DNA of 32,000 nt from Wolbachia endosymbiont of Drosophila innubila (GTDB lineage: Bacteria > Pseudomonadota > Alphaproteobacteria > Rickettsiales > Anaplasmataceae): positions 630,001-662,000 of the forward strand of contig NZ_CP076228.1 in NCBI RefSeq assembly GCF_021378375.1, read 5' to 3'. The position numbers and the translations under genes are program-made. Below the pieces are notes generated by a model that worked only from the letters and a program-made list of their open reading frames with translations, made no database searches and was not told where the DNA came from. Each line of letters begins with the position of its first letter. The stretch's first letter is position 1. Below are positions 30,665 to 32,000 of this stretch, piece by piece.

Positions 30665-32000
30665 AAATGTTTCTCCTATGATTGTTGTCAATAAGAAATT
30701 TCATATTTTGTAAAATCTTTGAAAATCCAGTTGTTTTTAAGAGTATAGAAAATAGTTGTGAGAAACTTCCTAGCAGTAGCAATAATAGCCTTAGCAGAAC
30801 CACGCTTTTTTTCACACGCTCGTAAAAACTTTTCAGATAAGGACTATAACGTATAGCAATCCAAGTACACTGTACTAAAGAAGTACGCCCAATTTTTGAT
30901 CCACGTTTAGTAATTCTTCCAATTGTGCATTGTTGATTGGATTGAGAAACTCGCGGTACAACTCCAAAATAAGCTGTAAGTTTTTCAGGATTACTAAAAT
31001 CATTAATATCACCAATTGTTGCAACAAAAACTGCTGCAGAAATCGCACCAATACCTTTAATGCTGATGAGATTATTAAATCCAGGAAGCTGCTGAGCAAA
31101 AGCTATAATTTCCTTTTCAAGTTTTTTGAGACTTTCTCGAATGACTTCCAGATTACTGCTAATCACTTCAATCTCAACCTTTTCCAAGTGACTCCAATCA
31201 TGTTTACCAAGAGAGCATTCAAATCCCGCTTTGATTGTCAGTACTTCCTTTTTAATCTTTATTCCGTGGTAATTGAAAAGTCCATGTATTTTATTGATTA
31301 AAGATACCCGTGATTTTACTAACTGATCTCTTGTTTTAAGAAGAGAAGCTAACTGTTGGCATTGTTTGCTCTTGCATTTTGCTTCAGGCAACATATCTTT
31401 GCTGAGAAAAAAAGCAATAGCTCTTGCATCATGTTTATCTGTTTTGTTCACAGAACGACGAATAACTTCAAATTGCAAGGGAGCAACCACAACAACGCGC
31501 TTAACGTAAGGTGACACTTCATCATAAAAGAAACAGCTATTTCCCGTTGCCTCTAAGGCTACTTCATCTGTTTCTTGAAGATTTTTGATAAAATTACCTA
31601 AATCCTGTAAGCGAAACGTTTTAATATACTCTGGTTTTTCCTGTTCTAAGTAGCAAGCAGTGAAACTATTAGTATGTAAATCAACACCTATGTAACGCAT
31701 AAATCTTCTCCCTTATTGAATACTCCAACATATCAGAGTAGAATATTACCGGTTGGTCCATTCTCCTATACGCGGTCACTAAATTTTATAGGCCGCACGA
31801 TGGTTTTCGGTGGCAGGGGCGATTAATCTCCTTCACGAGGTCTTTTTCCTATACTGCAAAAAGCAGAAAGGGCCTCACAAACATTTTCAATCTGCCACCT
31901 ATCCACTCTGAGAAGGTATTATCTTCTCATGCTTCCAACCAAGCAATAACTATTCATACCATCTCCTTAATTGTTTTACCGCCGCTTTTGTTAGTGTTAT
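30665..32000 (-). mobile_element. IS110-family insertion element, type B (boundaries approximate; may extend past the window)
   Basis: Full-length-like IS110 transposase plus GC-richer noncoding leader (31701-32000) on its 5' side; 3' end lies within 24 nt of the decorator ATG. Confidence 0.8.
30688..31700 (-). pseudogene. IS110-family transposase, single frameshift near the C-terminus
   Basis: 'MRYIGVDLHTNSFTACYLEQEKPEYIKTFRLQ...VNKTDKHDARAIAFFLSK...ISIKGIGAISAAVFVATIGDINDFSNPEKLTAYFGVVPRVSQS...GRITKRGSKIGRTSLVQCTWIA'. At an A-run near 30810 the likely true frame continues 'GSAKAIIATARKFLTTIFYTLKNNWIFKDFTKYEISY*' to 30688. Confidence 0.93.

Overview
This window looks like a Wolbachia chromosomal region carrying a WO-type prophage, largely on the minus strand, with a decaying accessory ('eukaryotic association') module. 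No database search was run; assignments come from motifs, protein family knowledge and gene order. From right to left: an IS110-family element (tnp 30688-31700), decorator protein, major capsid protein, a small head-joining-like protein, a second IS110-family element (~27480-28830), a minor tail protein Z-like gene, a tail completion-like protein, baseplate V, PAAR, baseplate W, baseplate J, tail protein I, and a conserved tail-region protein. These are followed by two ankyrin genes, a DUF2924-like gene and a large serine recombinase (19743-21251). The left half is accessory: a TM-hairpin protein, an intact ankyrin gene, a heavily frameshifted ankyrin gene, an LRR-ankyrin-coiled-coil fusion gene, decayed hypothetical ORFs, a TPR gene built from 45-aa (135-bp) near-identical units, a decayed group II intron reverse transcriptase, a mutL remnant, and remnants of double XRE-HTH regulators. 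The most useful second looks are: (1) the group II intron/mutL junction; (2) the LRR-ANK fusion, which reads through once 1-nt lesions are corrected; (3) the TPR array, where a damaged block has apparently been copied intact ~940 bp away; (4) noncoding leaders of two different IS110 elements as bridge-RNA candidates; (5) a perfect 27-bp inverted repeat; (6) a lone in-frame TGA in baseplate W; (7) a duplicated ~165-bp upstream region shared by two ankyrin paralogs. Many lesions are single-base changes in short homopolymers, so assembly or read error must be excluded before calling decay. I did not find an unambiguously new defence or effector system.
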